From Marsupella aquatica (Eukaryota; Plantae; Marchantiophyta), in contig OZ316895.1 of NCBI GenBank assembly GCA_973895155.1, positions 3,583,659 to 3,647,658 on the forward strand: a DNA stretch of 64,000 nucleotides, written 5' to 3'. A model generated the notes under the pieces. That model did no database searches. It was not told the DNA's origin and was given only the letters and a program-made list of their open reading frames with translations. Below, piece after piece: positions 26,601-42,000 of this stretch (positions within the stretch are counted from its first letter, which is position 1; every line of letters begins with the position of its first letter). The translations under genes and the position numbers were made by a program.

Positions 26601-29600
26601 CACTCGTGCTCAAGCGTTTGAAATTATGGTTTGTGATACGTAGCAACTTAGAAGAAGGGAAGGAAAGGGCTCACCCGGCTTCCGCAACATAGACTAGCCC
26701 ACATACAAAACGGAAGTTGCGAGCCTGCCACAACAATTCAATTATGAAATTCCTACATTTTCGTACCCATACACCTAAGGTCTGGCACCAACTAACGAGC
26801 CTGACAAAGAGAAAGATGAGCATAGACTAAACTAAGCCTGTTATTCCAGTGCTCGTGAAGTTTACAAACTGGAGCTGCATCATGCTCTTAAAGCTCACTT
26901 CTCTCCATTGAGACCTGAAATAAGAAGACAGGACCAAACAATACCTGTTGATAGGAGAGAGAGTGTAAGACCCCGCCGCTCAGTTCTAAAAAGGAGCTTG
27001 GGGTGATAGAATGTAAGTCCTGCACCTGGGATTGGACATTACAGTTAGGTGGCGCAAATTGATCAGAGGTAGAGGAAGTGCTTCATGTCCACTTGCAAAT
27101 TCCTGAGATGTGACTATTCCTATTCCTATTCGTATTTCTAGATACTTATCGATCCTGTAAATCAAAACTTCTTCGGCCCCAAATCTTTGTCAATGTCAGT
27201 AGAAACCTACAGGAGAGTCACGTGATTGTAAGAGAAACTTGGCAACATCTGACGGATATAATAAACTACTCTAACCATACTTGAATTTGAATTGAAGAAC
27301 GTGCGAGCTTACCAGCAAATTCACTTTGACAGTTTTGCCCCCTCTTTCAACTTCAATATCAACGGTCTTCCCAATATCGTCGTCCAATAAACTTTCGACT
27401 TTTAAGAACTGAGTAACAACCTGAGTAGGATACAATCACTGGTTTACTGAGCTCTACAAATATCAGAGAACAGTTTGCGAAATGAATAGGTAGGCACGTC
27501 GAGCCTTTGTTTGCAGATTCCACCTCACAAAACTGATGCTTGAAGAGTTTACCAGTGAAAGGAAGAAAAGATTAGACGAGACCATAGCATTAGACAGAAC
27601 TGTGGTACCAAAGGGGGTTTCAAATTTAACTCGGCTACATGAGAATGGATTTTGCCGCCATGGCTCCTACAAAGAATATTATGTTGCACCGGACTGGTAC
27701 AGCAAACTCCTAAGAAAAGCCAGAATATTACCATTCCACAGCATCTCAATGTTAGAACCTATTTGTACAGCGAGAGTGACAAGGACCTACCTCACCATTC
27801 ATGCGAACGAGCACATCTCCTGGTTCAAGTTCCTTGTGAGCTGGTCCACCAGGAACCTGAAATCGGCAAGGGAGAAGTATTATCGGCTACTGTGCCATAA
27901 AATAAGAATCAGAATCAAATAAGGCAATTGCCCTTGATCCGAGTTGAGAAGAAATACTACTCACCACAGAGTCCACAACGAGCATGCCCGTTTCACTTGC
28001 TGGAGATGTGTCCCTGACAACCTAGAAGCAGTGAGACAGAGATCCAACACCAACAAGTTAGCCGTAGTGACTTATTTACGTCTTCACGACCTCAAAAAAT
28101 GGAACGGTTTCTAAACAGCAACTGGTATCCGAGGGCTATACCTGCTCTGTTTCTCTCGTCAAACCCAATCGCCGAGTCTCATCAAATCCTTTGTGCACAA
28201 AAGTCATCTACAAGAGACAGAATTGTGTAAGCGCAGCTCAACTCGAGATATAAGAAATCAGAACTACATGTATCCCCCAAAGAATAACATTGGCTGCAAG
28301 GAACGATGATTTGATCATGGAAAATAGTTACCTGTAAAGTACCCCTTGGAATACTTGGGGTCTGCCAGCCGATTGGAGACTCGTCTTTGGCCTTTTGCAA
28401 GAAATGCAATGCTCTAACCACCTGTCACAGTCTTATTCTCATGAGCTTTACTCGCACAAGACGGTAAGTTCCGAGAGTAATGAATTACAGATATCCTTAA
28501 ACTGTAATTCGTGCAAAAGAGACGAAATGCCTCATTTAACCCCCGTAGATCACGCGCAACAAGTGCAAACCAGGTTTGGGCAGTGAAGTCTCATAACAAT
28601 TTTAGCACAAGACCAGAGAACGTCAAAGACATCGGGAAACAATAATGACACTCACTCGTTCCAATGGCAAGAAAAACGCTGAGGAACTGGTAGATTTGCT
28701 GCCGGCATTAAGAGCTACTGCATGGCCATTGCAATCAATAACTGGGGAACCACTGGAGCCTCCTTTTGTGCCCGAAGCTGCCTGTCCAGAGATACGATTA
28801 CCGAATACTTGCTTAAGATTCACATCAAAGAGATAAGACAAGCTTACCTAACCAGTCTAGTTTCTAGTTTCAAAATAATTCGTGTAGAGATTCATTAGCC
28901 AACTGAAGATATCAATTTTAATGATAGAATTCACACGTCTCTTTGGCAAGAATCCGTTTCGCACTGTTTTCTGGAAATATAGTTGAATTTGAATGTTCTA
29001 AATAAACACCCCCACCCTCTCTAACAAGCAGTAAATCTGGCTCTCCCGATCAATGGGGAGCTACTGAGGTATGGTGGGATCCTTCAATTCTTGTGGAAAG
29101 AAAATAATATCTACCTGCATGTAGAAAGTATTAAAATCATTGTAACCGTCCCTGCAGGGGAAAATCACCTTCAGTCAGCATTCACAAGGTCCAAATATAT
29201 AACGCACGGTGCAGACTGACAGTCCACCTTTCCATCAGCTTACGTTAGAAGTCAGACAATTCTTGCTTCCCAAAACATGTCCCTCGTACCCTTGCATTAA
29301 GTTTTCTTAGCTTTACCGTAAGATATACCCACACCGTAGAAATTTAGGAAGACCAGATCAACACCACTAGCAACAGGAGCACCAAAATACAGGAAAAAGG
29401 ACGCACTTGTAGATCTCAATTCAACATTCAGAACCTTATTATCTTCAGCTTGAGAATCGCGTGACCATGCCCAACAGATTCCCTTTGAGACACGACTTTT
29501 GTGAAAAAAAATCAAACAACCACTGGTGTAATGCTCTGACCTCTTACTTCTTATAGTAAGGGGCATCACGGTCCAATCTAGCAAGAGTCCCAGCCAAAAT

Positions 29601-31083
29601 CGACACCTGCAGCACGAACGACACAAACATTCCACTCGACATTTGTGAAGGTATTGTGAAACATGAAATTACGAAGCTGCAATAAACTGACTTCAGATGC
29701 ATTCCATTTTATTTTCAAAAGCGTTTGGAACGTCTTCACCAGGGACAGCTCCGATTCTATGCCAAGTCAAAGTGGGAATTTGGACAACATGAAGTTGATA
29801 ACACTTGCAGGCAGCCTTGAGGAAGTTTGTCAAAGTCCAACCTTCTCACCACTGTCATTTCCCACCACACGAAGGTCCAGGCCGACAACTGCGGACTCTG
29901 GTGAGAGGGGAATTTCTTCATACTCCATAAACTGAATTGCTCCAGGGTCATATTGCAGGAAGCCAAAATCATGGACCTATACACCAAAGGAACGCAACCA
30001 TGAGGATACTGCTACATTGCTCACTGTTCTATGTTTCAACAGCCCCAAAACGAAAATTTTCAACAAATTAGAGAGTTGACGACGACAACTGATCCCACAA
30101 CCCCACGACCGCTAGACAAAGAACTGTTACCGGATCGCTTACCGGATCTCGATACAAGGGAAACACCGGAATCTCCTCCCTGTTGAGAAACACCGCCTCT
30201 GCCACAACGGGCCCTGAAAATTTCCGAACCATAATAGGTCAGAAGGGGCCAATAGGTTCCGAGCGATGAACCTGACGACAAGCTTCTGTTCGAATCAGAC
30301 ATTATCGCTTCAGACGCAAGAACAGGCGAACTTGGTCAAGAGCGAAAGGAGCCAGAGAAGCTGCCGGGTATACAACACCCCCTAACTTCCTGCCTTGCCG
30401 CCAGAACGAAACCAAACTTAATGGCAGCTGGCACCCAAACTCAATCTTCGACTCCAGCAAATTCGTCAACATCAACTGCCCATTAAGCTCGAATAACCAG
30501 TTCTCTTTTCAAAACCGTAATTACCTATCGCTTCAAAGCCCACGGATACTCACGGTCACGATACCCTTTGTACGCAATCCTGGATTCTGGGTACTGTTGG
30601 TACACTGTTGGTCTCTTTGCCCAGCCGACGGATTGCACCGTCAATTCCAAACAAAGAGAAGAGGAGCAGAAAGGACAGGAATCGTTGGTTGAATCATTAT
30701 CACTAGAGAGCCAACTGAACGGATTCAGAACCAAGAAAGGAAATTTTTAAAAATTTGAAATCCCTTGAGGATAGAGGGAGACAGACAGGAAGGTCATCAC
30801 ACATACCAGGTCTCACGACGTGACGATTTGTGAGTAGAATTCCTCGGCGCTTGTCCACAACGAACCCTGTGGCGTAGTGAGCGCCTGCAGCTTCAGTGTC
30901 AAAGGCCCGCGTGGACGTGGTTCGTAGAACGACCACAGCTGGTACCACCTTGGCTAAAGCCTTCCGCCAGTCCTCGGCCGCTCCATTCCCCCCTGCTAGG
31001 GACGAAATAGGAGGCGGATCGATCTCCATGCTCAAGACCGCCTTGCTGACAGGAATTATCGGTGATAGAATGTCCATACTCAT
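20647..31083 (-). CDS. DEG7: Protease Do-like 7 (DEG7/Nma111-type HtrA serine protease with PDZ domains), more than 20 exons
   Basis: Exon 1 (31083-30807) has [37 protein letters not shown]. Catalytic triad motifs NRHVV, VHDFGF and GGSSGSP are present, followed by a second protease-like half ([14 protein letters not shown]) and a last exon ending [13 protein letters not shown]...KTQ*. The introns checked are all GT-AG. Confidence 0.95.
23628..23675. repeat. (CTA)16 intronic microsatellite
   Basis: Read directly from the sequence. Confidence 0.95.
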
Positions 31084-34000
31084 CTCAATTGCTACTGTTA
31101 TCCGTCCTTCAAAGCTGTGCAGATGGTGCAAGCAGATAATAAGCAATGCACCTGTTAAGCATTCATAGACCTAAACCCTCCGTCCATCATCGCCTTCAAT
31201 ACACAATGTTCTGCCTATCTTGCAACAGTAGGCCAGCGAGCGAGCCCAAAAATGGTCAGCGATTCCCTTGTTCAGGGCGCGATTCCTCTCTAGCAAACGG
31301 GTGTCGACGACCGCATTCTCCGTGAGCAGTACCTCGTCGCACCTTTTGAACCTTTCATTCGCAATTGGCGTACCAGGTTATATGTATTTCCCTGGTCCCC
31401 GAAATTGAAATAGTAGGATAGCAGGGAATTCCAATTATTTCCTTTTCTTTCAAGTGATCAAACCATTGACATCAACCTATTCAAAATCCTGTCCACTGCG
31501 CCATTACATGTGTATCCGAATTCAGTCACGCTCACGCTTATGCATACATCCTTCCACAGCGAGATCAGCCTCGAGATTTCACAATCCACTCCTCCTAGTA
31601 ATTGTGGATCTTCCACCCCACGCGGGGATTCTCTCCCTTCTCCTCCTCTGTGGAATCACACTCGCACTGCGTGAGCAAAGGAGAACTTCTACTTCCGCTG
31701 ACGTCGAAAGAACAAACCTATACGGATCCTTTCCTCGCTTTTAAACAACAATGCCTCACTCCCCCAATATGACACCTTCTGCTGCCCTTCAATCCCTCCC
31801 TACTCCTCCCCGCTCCCTAACCACAGTGTGGGGGACCCTCCACAATCCGAAAAGGACCACAACTTGTTCGCCTCGTACCCAAGCAACCAATGTCAGGCAA
31901 TCACCACCGCACCAGATCGTAGTACTCAGTATCTGCTGAAGCTCCAATTAATAAGTTATTGTGACCGCAAGCCGAAACGAATGAGAGAGATCGGCGGAGG
32001 ATTGAGTGGGATTAAAAAACGCCTGAATGAGCAAACGGGATCTTGAGTGGGCCACCGCCAAGACCTCGACGAGCATACCCTTACACCAGTAAACTTCCTC
32101 GAATCTTCTCCACCGGAGATAAGTGAGTCATTCTGCCCCACAGTAACGCAATCACTGAAATCCCTCCTGCACGGAACCTGTCCAGTCTCCCAACCTACAA
32201 TACAACCGTAGCCAAGAATCAACCTGGTAAAGGCTACATTCACACCTCCAAGCTACCGCACTCCACACACTTCCTCAATTTCCCTCAAAGACGCTTCAAA
32301 ACGCAATCCTGTAGTCCGTCGTTGGATGACAATAATTCACCGTCTCCACTCCACTCCACCCCACACCACTCCACTCCACTCCACTCTCACGAGTCTCCCT
32401 CCTGCTCCGTGCTCACAATCCTACAGAATCCGCCACAAAGCTAGTACTGTAGAAAGCAAAGCGCAGCGAAGCGACTCCGCCTGCCTGCCTGAGAGAAAGC
32501 CTGCCTGCGTGCCAGCCAGCATCACACATGCCAACGACGAGAATGCGAGAATCGAAGCAGCTGCAGAGCAATCATTCACAACAGGACATGCATTGCAAGG
32601 CAAGTTAGTCGTGTGACGACATGTTCCAGCACAATAAAGGCTCTTCAGGACATCGCCGGGAGGGTGGTGTGACGATCACTCACAAGTCACAACGGACGAG
32701 GAGCAGCAGGTCGAGGAGACGAGGACGAAGAGTTCTGCGCTGCTTCGCTCGGGCGTAAGCAGTCAATTGCGATGCAGTAAATTGCAATCCGCCATTCGGT
32801 CATCAATGTTCGCAACTTCGCGTTCTACGCTACTGTTCTCGTGTTGTGGGAATCCATTCCACGCCAAGCTTCTACAGGACTGGTCTCGTGGTTCGGGTTT
32901 TCTTCGGCCCTACGCCGGGGTGCGGTCCTTGGGGGCGGACCAGGGTACGTTTTATCGTTTTTCCCTTTTTTGCCGGGGTGGTTAATGGTAATTATCCGTT
33001 CCTTGAACAAAAATAGAGATGAGGAGAAAAACAAAAAAACCTTGCACAAACAAAGATTCTATGCTGTTTACTCTTCGTTATAAGAATATATGGACCAGGG
33101 TAATTTTTTACCCTTTTCAATTGTTGCTAGGGGTTGTTAATCATCTGGTTAATGTTAATGTTAATTAACCATGTCTCGAACAAAATAGAGATGAGGAGAA
33201 AACCCAGTAATTTGCCATACATTGTAGTATTTAGGATGAATCCCATGACAAGCCAGTGTTTTGTGGCCACAAATTTGCCAATTCTTTACCTTGAAAATGA
33301 ATAAGCAAATGCTACTCCTTTCAAAAATTAAAATGATTTTTGCTATTCACTACCATTGAGTCCACACTAAGGGAGCATTAACTAGAATGTATTGTACAAT
33401 TATAAGGTCCTACTCAATTACACTACCACTTCGCCTGTGTTGCTGACTCTAACGTCGAGCTTCTCTATGGTCACATCCCTAGGACGATCATCCAGAGAGG
33501 ACTAAGTATGGGAAGACTTGTTATTATGTTAATATGCTTGCATTCAGTTCTCACGGGAATCTGCTTTGGGGAGGCAAAGTCAAGTAGGTCTGGGTGTTGA
33601 GGTCCAAGGGGATTCTAGTGGAGCTGGATTCCTGCAGACAATTGCTAGAGTCGGGGCCAAACTAGTCCTGGCATTTGGGGCAAGCTAGTTATTTGGACCA
33701 TGGGCTAGAGACAGGGCGTTCAGCTAGTGATAGATAGAGAGTGGGGAACCTTAAGTGACACCCGATAGAGGGGCTATTCTAGATGAACGGTGGGTGCCGA
33801 CCTTAGCTTTAGCTTGTGGCAAGGCTGGTGGCAAGGCCATGCAGGCCTGGGAGACTCTATCCACTGACCTATATACTTGTTAATTACTGTTAAGCTTGAG
33901 GTAAAACATTAGTCTTGGGATACAAGATCAAGGTGGGTTGCTTCCCTGTTGGTTCATTTGCATGTGTAGATAATAGGGGCCATTGAGCTATGGTTGTGTT

Positions 34001-37000
34001 GAGGAGCGAGTGCAGCTTCGTATGGGAGTTGTCGTTGGCAGTGATAGGGACACCGGGGTGCTTGCTTGAGTAGTTTCCATGGGGGCATCCAAGCACCAGG
34101 AGTACTTAGGCAAAGGTACTAGGCTTGGTCCACCACTCAAAGCTTCGAAGTTACGGACGATGGCTTTTGGCCATAACTTTCTCACATGGTTGTGTAAGAA
34201 AAAGTTTGGTTTTTATTTTGCACTAGGCTCTATGGTGACCATGTCATGGCATATGACCAATATTGTGGATTATGAATTTGATAGTCCATAGCTTTTTCTG
34301 TCCGCAACCTTAACTACTAAGTTAAGGTCCATCCAATCCCGCATCCAATTGAAGCTTTGAGAAGCCCTAATAATTTATCAGTACTCCATAACTAGACTTT
34401 GTGGCTATCCCTACTGTAAAATTCCTACCCTTCTTCTAGAGGTAGTAGCCACCTTGGCAATTTGAAAAAAAATAGAAAAGTGGCTGCCCCTGACCCTGAG
34501 GTTCATCTACATTGAAGCCCACACTTGATGTCAGAATATGCCTATGAGAATCTACTATCTCTTCCTGATAAACTGCACTGAAAGACAGGAATAACTTTTG
34601 GAGTAAGAAATGCAGTTAAAGAACAATTCCTCTTGTTTCATTCTTCACTCAAGTGCAAGCATAACCTGCTAGTTTGGGACACCTCTCATTGTCCTAGAGG
34701 GATCAAGATGAGTTCCTCAACAAATGGAACAGATAATGACTCAGGAAACCTCACACATGCAAGCCTTATGCTTCCACAATTGTCTGGGAAAATTTCCATG
34801 CACCTGAATATTTAAACATATGTTCAAGTAGTAGAGCCCAACAGTGTCCATATACTACTGACCAGGTGGGAGAGCATGGCCGCAATAATCAGTTTGCCAC
34901 ATGACATGTGTGCAAAACAGACAATAGTAATGCCTGCCACAACATCTTAATATTTTATGAAAGGAGCACTTTACACCTTTGAAAAGTAAAACCCAATCAA
35001 ACAGGAGTAACTGGGCCAGCCCAAAAGAGGACTAAGGCCACCAACCACTCAACATGTTAAATCAAGAGGACAGGATAAACAGGGAATCAGTGAAAAGTGA
35101 CCAAGACATCATTCACCCAAGAAAAGACAAAAAAAAAACCCATAAGTGAGGGCTAACTCAGTCAAAAATACAAAGCGAGATTGTTAATTGTTAGACAAAC
35201 TACTGACCTTTGAAATGGCGAGTAAATACAGGTAGGACTATGTCTTTGAAGAATAGTTACCCATGTTATTAGTCTTTGAAAGTTTGAAATCAGCACCTGA
35301 CAAAATTTGTCATAATGGCATGCATCATTAAATATTTAGTCTCTGACAAGTCCTGTTGGCATGCTCATTCATGAACCTTCCATATATTTGCTGGTGCCCA
35401 AACGAGGATTCATAAAAGTTTGCAGAAATTTCATTCGGTCAGACATCTGTTCACACAAGATTTTCACCCCAGTAGGATAAAGGAGAAAGATATCGGATTG
35501 GGGTGGATTTGAATGTTGAAAAGAGTAAGATTTTGAATGTTGAAAAGAGTAAGATCTCAATGAAGAAAAATCAGACAACCGCTGAAATTTTACCATCTCA
35601 TGCTTAGCACGCGTCAACTACTCGAGACCAAATACTTGTTCCTTCAAAGTAAATAGATATGAAGAAAAAAATGTTGCATAAAAAGAATTCTATGCTATTT
35701 TCTTTCATCTTTGCCCCATCTTTGTTTTTTTGTCCACCCTCATTTCAGTTTTGTAGTTTTGGTCAACATCACTTTTGTTATCTTTGCCCCATCCTTGTTT
35801 TCTATCCACCCTCATTTTAAGTTTTATTCTTGTTAAGGACTCATTATCAATTTTTTTATGTATTGGGAGTTACAGTCTAGAGGTTTCACTCTAGACCATA
35901 GGCCTTAAAACTAGTTTCGCTTCGCAAGTTATTAGTAAGATGTCACATTCTCTCCTAGCATAGGTACTGACTCCAACTTTAAGAACCTATGCCAACAATT
36001 CAATCCCCAGTGTATACTTAGTGCTTAGGGGGACTTTACAAGAAGGTGGGGATGGGGGTCCTTCAGTGTCTCTCCATCCAAAGCAGATGGTCAGTTCCAT
36101 ACACTAAGAAATGCCTGAGCCAAATTGTGTCAGGGTTGGAAATAATAATGCACTTCCATGAAAAAAAAAGTGGCCACTTTCTCCCATTTTTATAACCGCC
36201 TCAAGAAGAAGGCTAAGTTTTTGACATAAAACATGACTGACTGTATACATCAGCCAAAAAAGAGGACCCACAATGGACTGCCTGAGAGATGACTAGGTAG
36301 GTAATGGTTTTGCTTGATTGTGCCCCCATGTTCATATAAAGTTTAATCTGGCCTATTCCCACATTTGAATGGCTAGGATTGCATCTCACACATAGACAAG
36401 AGGATATTGCTGCCTCCAAGTTCTTGTAATGCCACCCTGAGTTGTGCAAACAGATCAGATGGCTTGCGGGCTAGGGACCAACAAAGGCCTGAAGAACTGT
36501 GAGACTTTATGGCATTTAGTGCAGCATCAATCTGACGTATCATAAAAAAACTAACAACCCTTGGTGGAAGAATATTGTATCCCACAATATATGAATCAAA
36601 AGAACAGTTCAAAGCCTTGAGAATGACTTTGGACACATGACTAATCTGCCTAATCATTACTGATCTTGTTCGAAGAGCGAAATTCAACCTCCTACAGATG
36701 GAACATAACCTGCAATACCACAAACCCTAGGTTCAGGTGCAGAACATCCACATTATATATAACCTGAACACCCTTTCTTCGAATGTTAATAGAAATATCA
36801 CAAAAGTCATTATCCATGAACATCATTTCACATACATAATATCACATGGTTCATTTCATCCACATAATTTTGGTGTGATATTTCTATTAACATTCGAAGA
36901 GAGTCATGGTCTAGAGATTTCACTCTAGAAATTTAGACCCCAACTTTAACTTCTCACCGTGACTTATTTTTAAGATTTTGAGAAACATGAACTACACACT

Positions 37001-37689
37001 TTGACCCAACAAAAATACTTTTCCACATGTTTGTATTTAGCGACAGTCTTCCCGGTGCTTAGATTGTGGGTCCATTGCAGCATATAATAGGGTCCAGCAT
37101 ATCTGGGTACAAACTATATGATAGTGATAGTCCCGGATATCTGAGTGCAAACTCCTAAATACTTATCTTGTGGTGATGTTGCTTGGGTCTCAATTGCACT
37201 CACTCTCCCACAAATTTTCCAATCTCTCAACTGGTTGTTGTTTCTGCTTTACACTCAATTGGACACCACCATGACATGAACCCACACAAATGCGTTCAGA
37301 TGCTATGATGTAACCCAGCGCCAAAAGGCTCAGCTTCAATTCATTGCTCTGAAGCTTAAAGTTAATCTTCGATCAAATGTCATGCAAATGACCCTCACTA
37401 TCGCAAACAGCTTTCAAATTAAGATCCGATACTGGAATCATCTTATGCTACTTAGTGGAAAAATCATAAAAGAGTTAAGGTCAATGAGGGAACAACTATT
37501 CAACTTTACAAGGATGACATGTATCCTGGGTCTGCACCTCCACTTTACTGGACCCTAAACCCTGTTTTATCCTGTCTTATTGAATGGATTTTAATTGGAT
37601 GTTTCGAGGCAAAAATAAATAAAATGTGACTGCTCACCACAAATGACAAGCGATGCCTACAAAACCCCAAGCAAGCACATCTACTACAA

Positions 37690-38390
37690 ACAAGACCACG
37701 CTATGTCTGAAGCTGCTATATGGTGAATCCAACTCTCATGTTTTGTCTTATTCATATTTGTGTATCATGAATTTTTATTTGAATGTACCTTAACAAGGGG
37801 TATCCTTTGTATCACATGGACTTCTAATTCATTTTTGGACCCCTTTAAATTTTTGGTATTCTATAGTGTTTTGAATTTATTTTGGCAGCCCCCTTAATTT
37901 GTATAATTTGTAAACTTTGTTAAGTCCTAGAGAGAAACTAAGGGCTTCATTTTCTACCGCTTTTAAGTATACTCATGAGTGAGAGGAATGATTCTAAGAA
38001 ATGTCAGCACATCCTGTATTAAGTTCCCCTTGTGGCTTTCTTTCCTAAGTTTATGGTTTTTATTGAATAAGAGTCATTAATAAGACACACTGAAATACGT
38101 GCACAACTGGTAGGATCTTTGTGTAATAAAATTGTACTTTCCATTGGTCACTATGTGCTTTTATTGCATGTGCTTTATTTATATTATTTGATTTCATTGT
38201 GCACAACTCGTAGCAATTGTACTTTCCATTGGTCACTATATACTTTTATTGCATGTACTTTATTTATATTATTTGATTTCATTCACATTTAATATGTATT
38301 CTAGTCTTCCTCTTTAATTTTGTCCACTTAATATCACTAGAAGACAAAAAGTAAAGCATGTTCCAGGATGAGCATGCTATATCTGCAAGC
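37690..38390. repeat. Left arm of a long diverged inverted repeat (partner at 54070-54690)
   Basis: 38354-38384 matches the reverse complement of 54078-54108 at 30/31; 37741-37754 matches 54612-54625 at 14/14; collinear weaker similarity lies between. The arm contains an internal 2 x 86 bp duplication (38129-38283). Confidence 0.8.
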
Positions 38391-39099
38391 ATGCTAATCC
38401 TAACTCAAACCCAACACGAGGCTAGCTGTCAACATGAAATGAGATACATATAATATGACCAACACAAATACCCTATTAGAACAAGGACATTCAAAACTAT
38501 AATCCAACTTATCTATCTTTGATGAGTTGAGCTTAGAATCAAATTATTGTCTTCATGGCCTCATCAAATTTCATAATGTCTTCACATCATCTAGATAAGC
38601 TAAATTTATGTTTTGTCTCTTGCCATTGTACCAACGAGTATATAGCATTTACAAGAACTGTCTGAGGCGGGCCAACATTCAAGCTAGGACACACAAAGGG
38701 AACTTTGGTTTCACAATTACAGATAGTAGCAGCACAATACCCTGTTGGTACTCCCATGAAATGTCACTTGCTCAGGTGCCATCTCCCAAAGTAGGACACA
38801 ATTATGCTCTTGTGTAACTGGTGACAATAAGGTATAGCCGGTGTTGATCCACCTCTTGAAGAGCAACCTCTGCTTTACATTTTCTTTGCTATGATTGCAT
38901 TCATAGCACCGGCTAATGGAAGTGCCTTGGTTTGACGTTTAACTTCCTCCTAGGTCTACCAAAAGGCAATGTGTAGCCTCTGTTGCAGTGTCCACCGTCC
39001 AAAACACAAAACCATGATGCACTTTGACCGAAACTGACTGCCGAAACACAAAACTTGCTTCACTTTGACCAAAACAAGCTGCCAAGCCTGTGGATGCAT

Positions 39100-42000
39100 A
39101 GCCAGCATGTGGGATTGAAAGTGAGAGTAGATTGTGCTGCACATCCTCTATTGCTCTTGCACAGGGAGTATCCTCTTCCAAAACAACCTCGACAAGTACA
39201 ACTTTTGCAACCTTTGCGGATTCAAGGTGAGTGTCACAAAGCAATGACTACTGCTCATGCCTTGATATTTCCCTCCAACAGCTTCTGTGTACTCTCTGCA
39301 GGAACACAACATCCACAATTTAGGTTTTTGCATGACATGACAACTTCGATTCAATTGTTCATTTATACAAATTGACAGTACTCCTGAACACGTTCCATCA
39401 TCTCAAGAAAAAAACCTAGGGCACAGATATGAGTTTTAGATTTCAACTATAGTTACCATTGGAATGTTTAGACAGTCCAATTTCTTAGGTCTGCACATCC
39501 ATTTGCTCTCCGAGCATGGTCTTTTCTCCATGAGAGACTGATGATGGTGGCAACCCTCCAGAGCTTCCCGAAGTAGAAAGTACTTTCATGATTGAGTTGT
39601 AATAATGATTTTGCTTTTGCACCATCTGCTCCACACTCTTTTCCACAACATTTAAACGTGCAGACAATTCATTTTTTTGTGATTCCATAGACTTCAAACG
39701 ATCTGATAAATTGTTAAGACTAGATAATCCACCTCCCTGCATCCCACCAAGAGAATCAATTAGTGTACAGCAAACGAGAATTTCTCAACGTGTGCTACTG
39801 TTGGCCTAGCGACATCAAAATTCTATAACATCCAAGTCTAAATCAGGTTCATCCTTACATTCTTTGAGGGTTTACATGCCTCATACTTCCTCTGACTCCT
39901 CACTGCAGCTCGCACCTCCTCCTTTGTAGGGGATCGCCCCTTCTGTTTTTTCTACACACCACAACACGTTCATGATTGAATGCTCGTTACTGAAAAACGA
40001 TTATGAGGATGGAGAACTGATTTGTTATGCAAGGGGGCTTAAAACATCTACAAGACTAGAATTCTTACCAACTGTGTTGCTATGGGAGCAAATCCTTTCC
40101 TTCCCGTCAGGTTAAAGTTTTGAACATTGCCCCGTGCATATGTCATCTGTTCACTCTTCCTTTTGCCTGAATCACTCAAAAAATAGCGGACTAGCTTTCT
40201 CCATTGAAGAGGATCAATCAATAGTGGGGCGGGCATTTCTGGATCCTCTCCAGCATCCTGAAACAACACATGGAATCTCCATCTCTCGTTCCTCAAAATC
40301 ACTTTTGCTTGACTTTGAAGACATGCCATGTCAACTCCTTCTGGATGGCCCACATATCTCCATTTGGCAGCAAGATTGTCAACAACTTGTTGCCAATTAT
40401 CTGGATGCTGATTTGCAAGTGATATGATACTTAAGTCCAACCAGCGTAACACTTCACTTTTCAAGTCAGTCAACCAACGATTCTTACCCTGACATGTGCC
40501 AGTAACCCAACGGTTGTCATTCACCTCTACTAAACATTTCTTGTTGCTACCTCCTTGTGCGATACTCTCTGCAGTACTGGTTGGTGTCAAGGGTTTAGGA
40601 TATAGGGGCAACCTTGAATTTCCCGTCCTTAGACTCCTAACGTTCCCTGGACAAACATCATCATTCCTCGTCAAACAGTCATGAACTCTCTAGCCATGTC
40701 CAACTCAACCAAGTAGCCAACCAACATAACAAATCCTCAGACAATAAAGCAAAGTTCATTGTCTCAATATGTGCTTTTGTAATGTCAGATTACCTGTTCC
40801 TCGTCCTTTTTGTGTACCCCTAGGAAAAGTGGGACGAACTTGCTGTGATTCTTCACCAGCGAACCAATCAGACCTCGGCCATGGGTTTTCATCATAGCTT
40901 GCTCTCATGTAGTGGCCTTCAGGTGCGTAGTACATCTCCTCGTCATATGCTCCCCAATTAGGATTGGCAAAATCTGCACTCAACGGCACTAATGGATCAA
41001 TTTGCAATCATCACATACCCCCTACCTTTGGATTTTCTTTTCCCTGGACTTCTAACGTCCCCTTGGACGGAAATCACCATTCATCATCAAATAGTCACAA
41101 AATCTCCAGACATGTCCACCGTAACCACATAGCCAGCTAATATCATCTCAATATATGCTGTTGTAAATTGCACATTACTTCCCCTTCCTTTTTATGCACT
41201 TGGGTGACCACCTTGCCGTGATTCTTCATCAGCAAACCAATCAGACCTCGCCCATGGTTGTTCACCATAGCTTGCTCTCACGTAGTGGCCCCTTTCTGCT
41301 TCAGGTGCATAGTATGGCCCTTCATCATATGCTCCCCAATCAGGATCTGTACTCAATGGCACTAATGGATCAATTTGGGATCCATCATATCCACCCTGCT
41401 AAGTTTGAAAGACTAATGCAAGGTAATGTCGGTGAATGCTTACTGGTGCACTACTCCAGAGTACTAAGTACTCACCTCTCCCTGCTTGCGGTGGTGGTCC
41501 ATACCCACGAGTCTGTTGGGTTGGTCTACCTACAGATGGAGGTGGACCGTGCCCAACATGCGCATGCTGCCCATTCCCGTAGTACTGGCCACCAAATTCA
41601 CGTTGCGCAATACTGCCATTAGGTCCATTCCCGTAGTACTGGCCACCAAATTCACATTTTGCAATACTGCCACTAGGCTGGCGATGCACAGTGGTTCTCC
41701 CTCTACAGTTTGCTGGACCGTTGTATCCATGACTTTTACCACGAGCATGACCTCCAACTCGATTTGTCTGCAGCAACAAATGTACACACGAGAACAAGCT
41801 ACTGAGCCAAAAAATGACTTGTCCCACAGTCAAATCAAAATTTTGGGTTAGAAAGACACTTACATCCTAACAACAGTGTACCCACCTGGATTTTGCTGGG
41901 CTGCATGATCATAGGTTCATCATGACCATCATCTTCACCACCAGCGTCCTGGTCCTCCTCTGGATAATATTCGGGATAAGACTCATAAGACTCTTCATCA

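Noticed and set aside
36213-36723. Exon-like minus-strand frames between DEG7 and the transposon island
   Set aside because: No recognisable motif and no consistent splice chain, so a call cannot be supported
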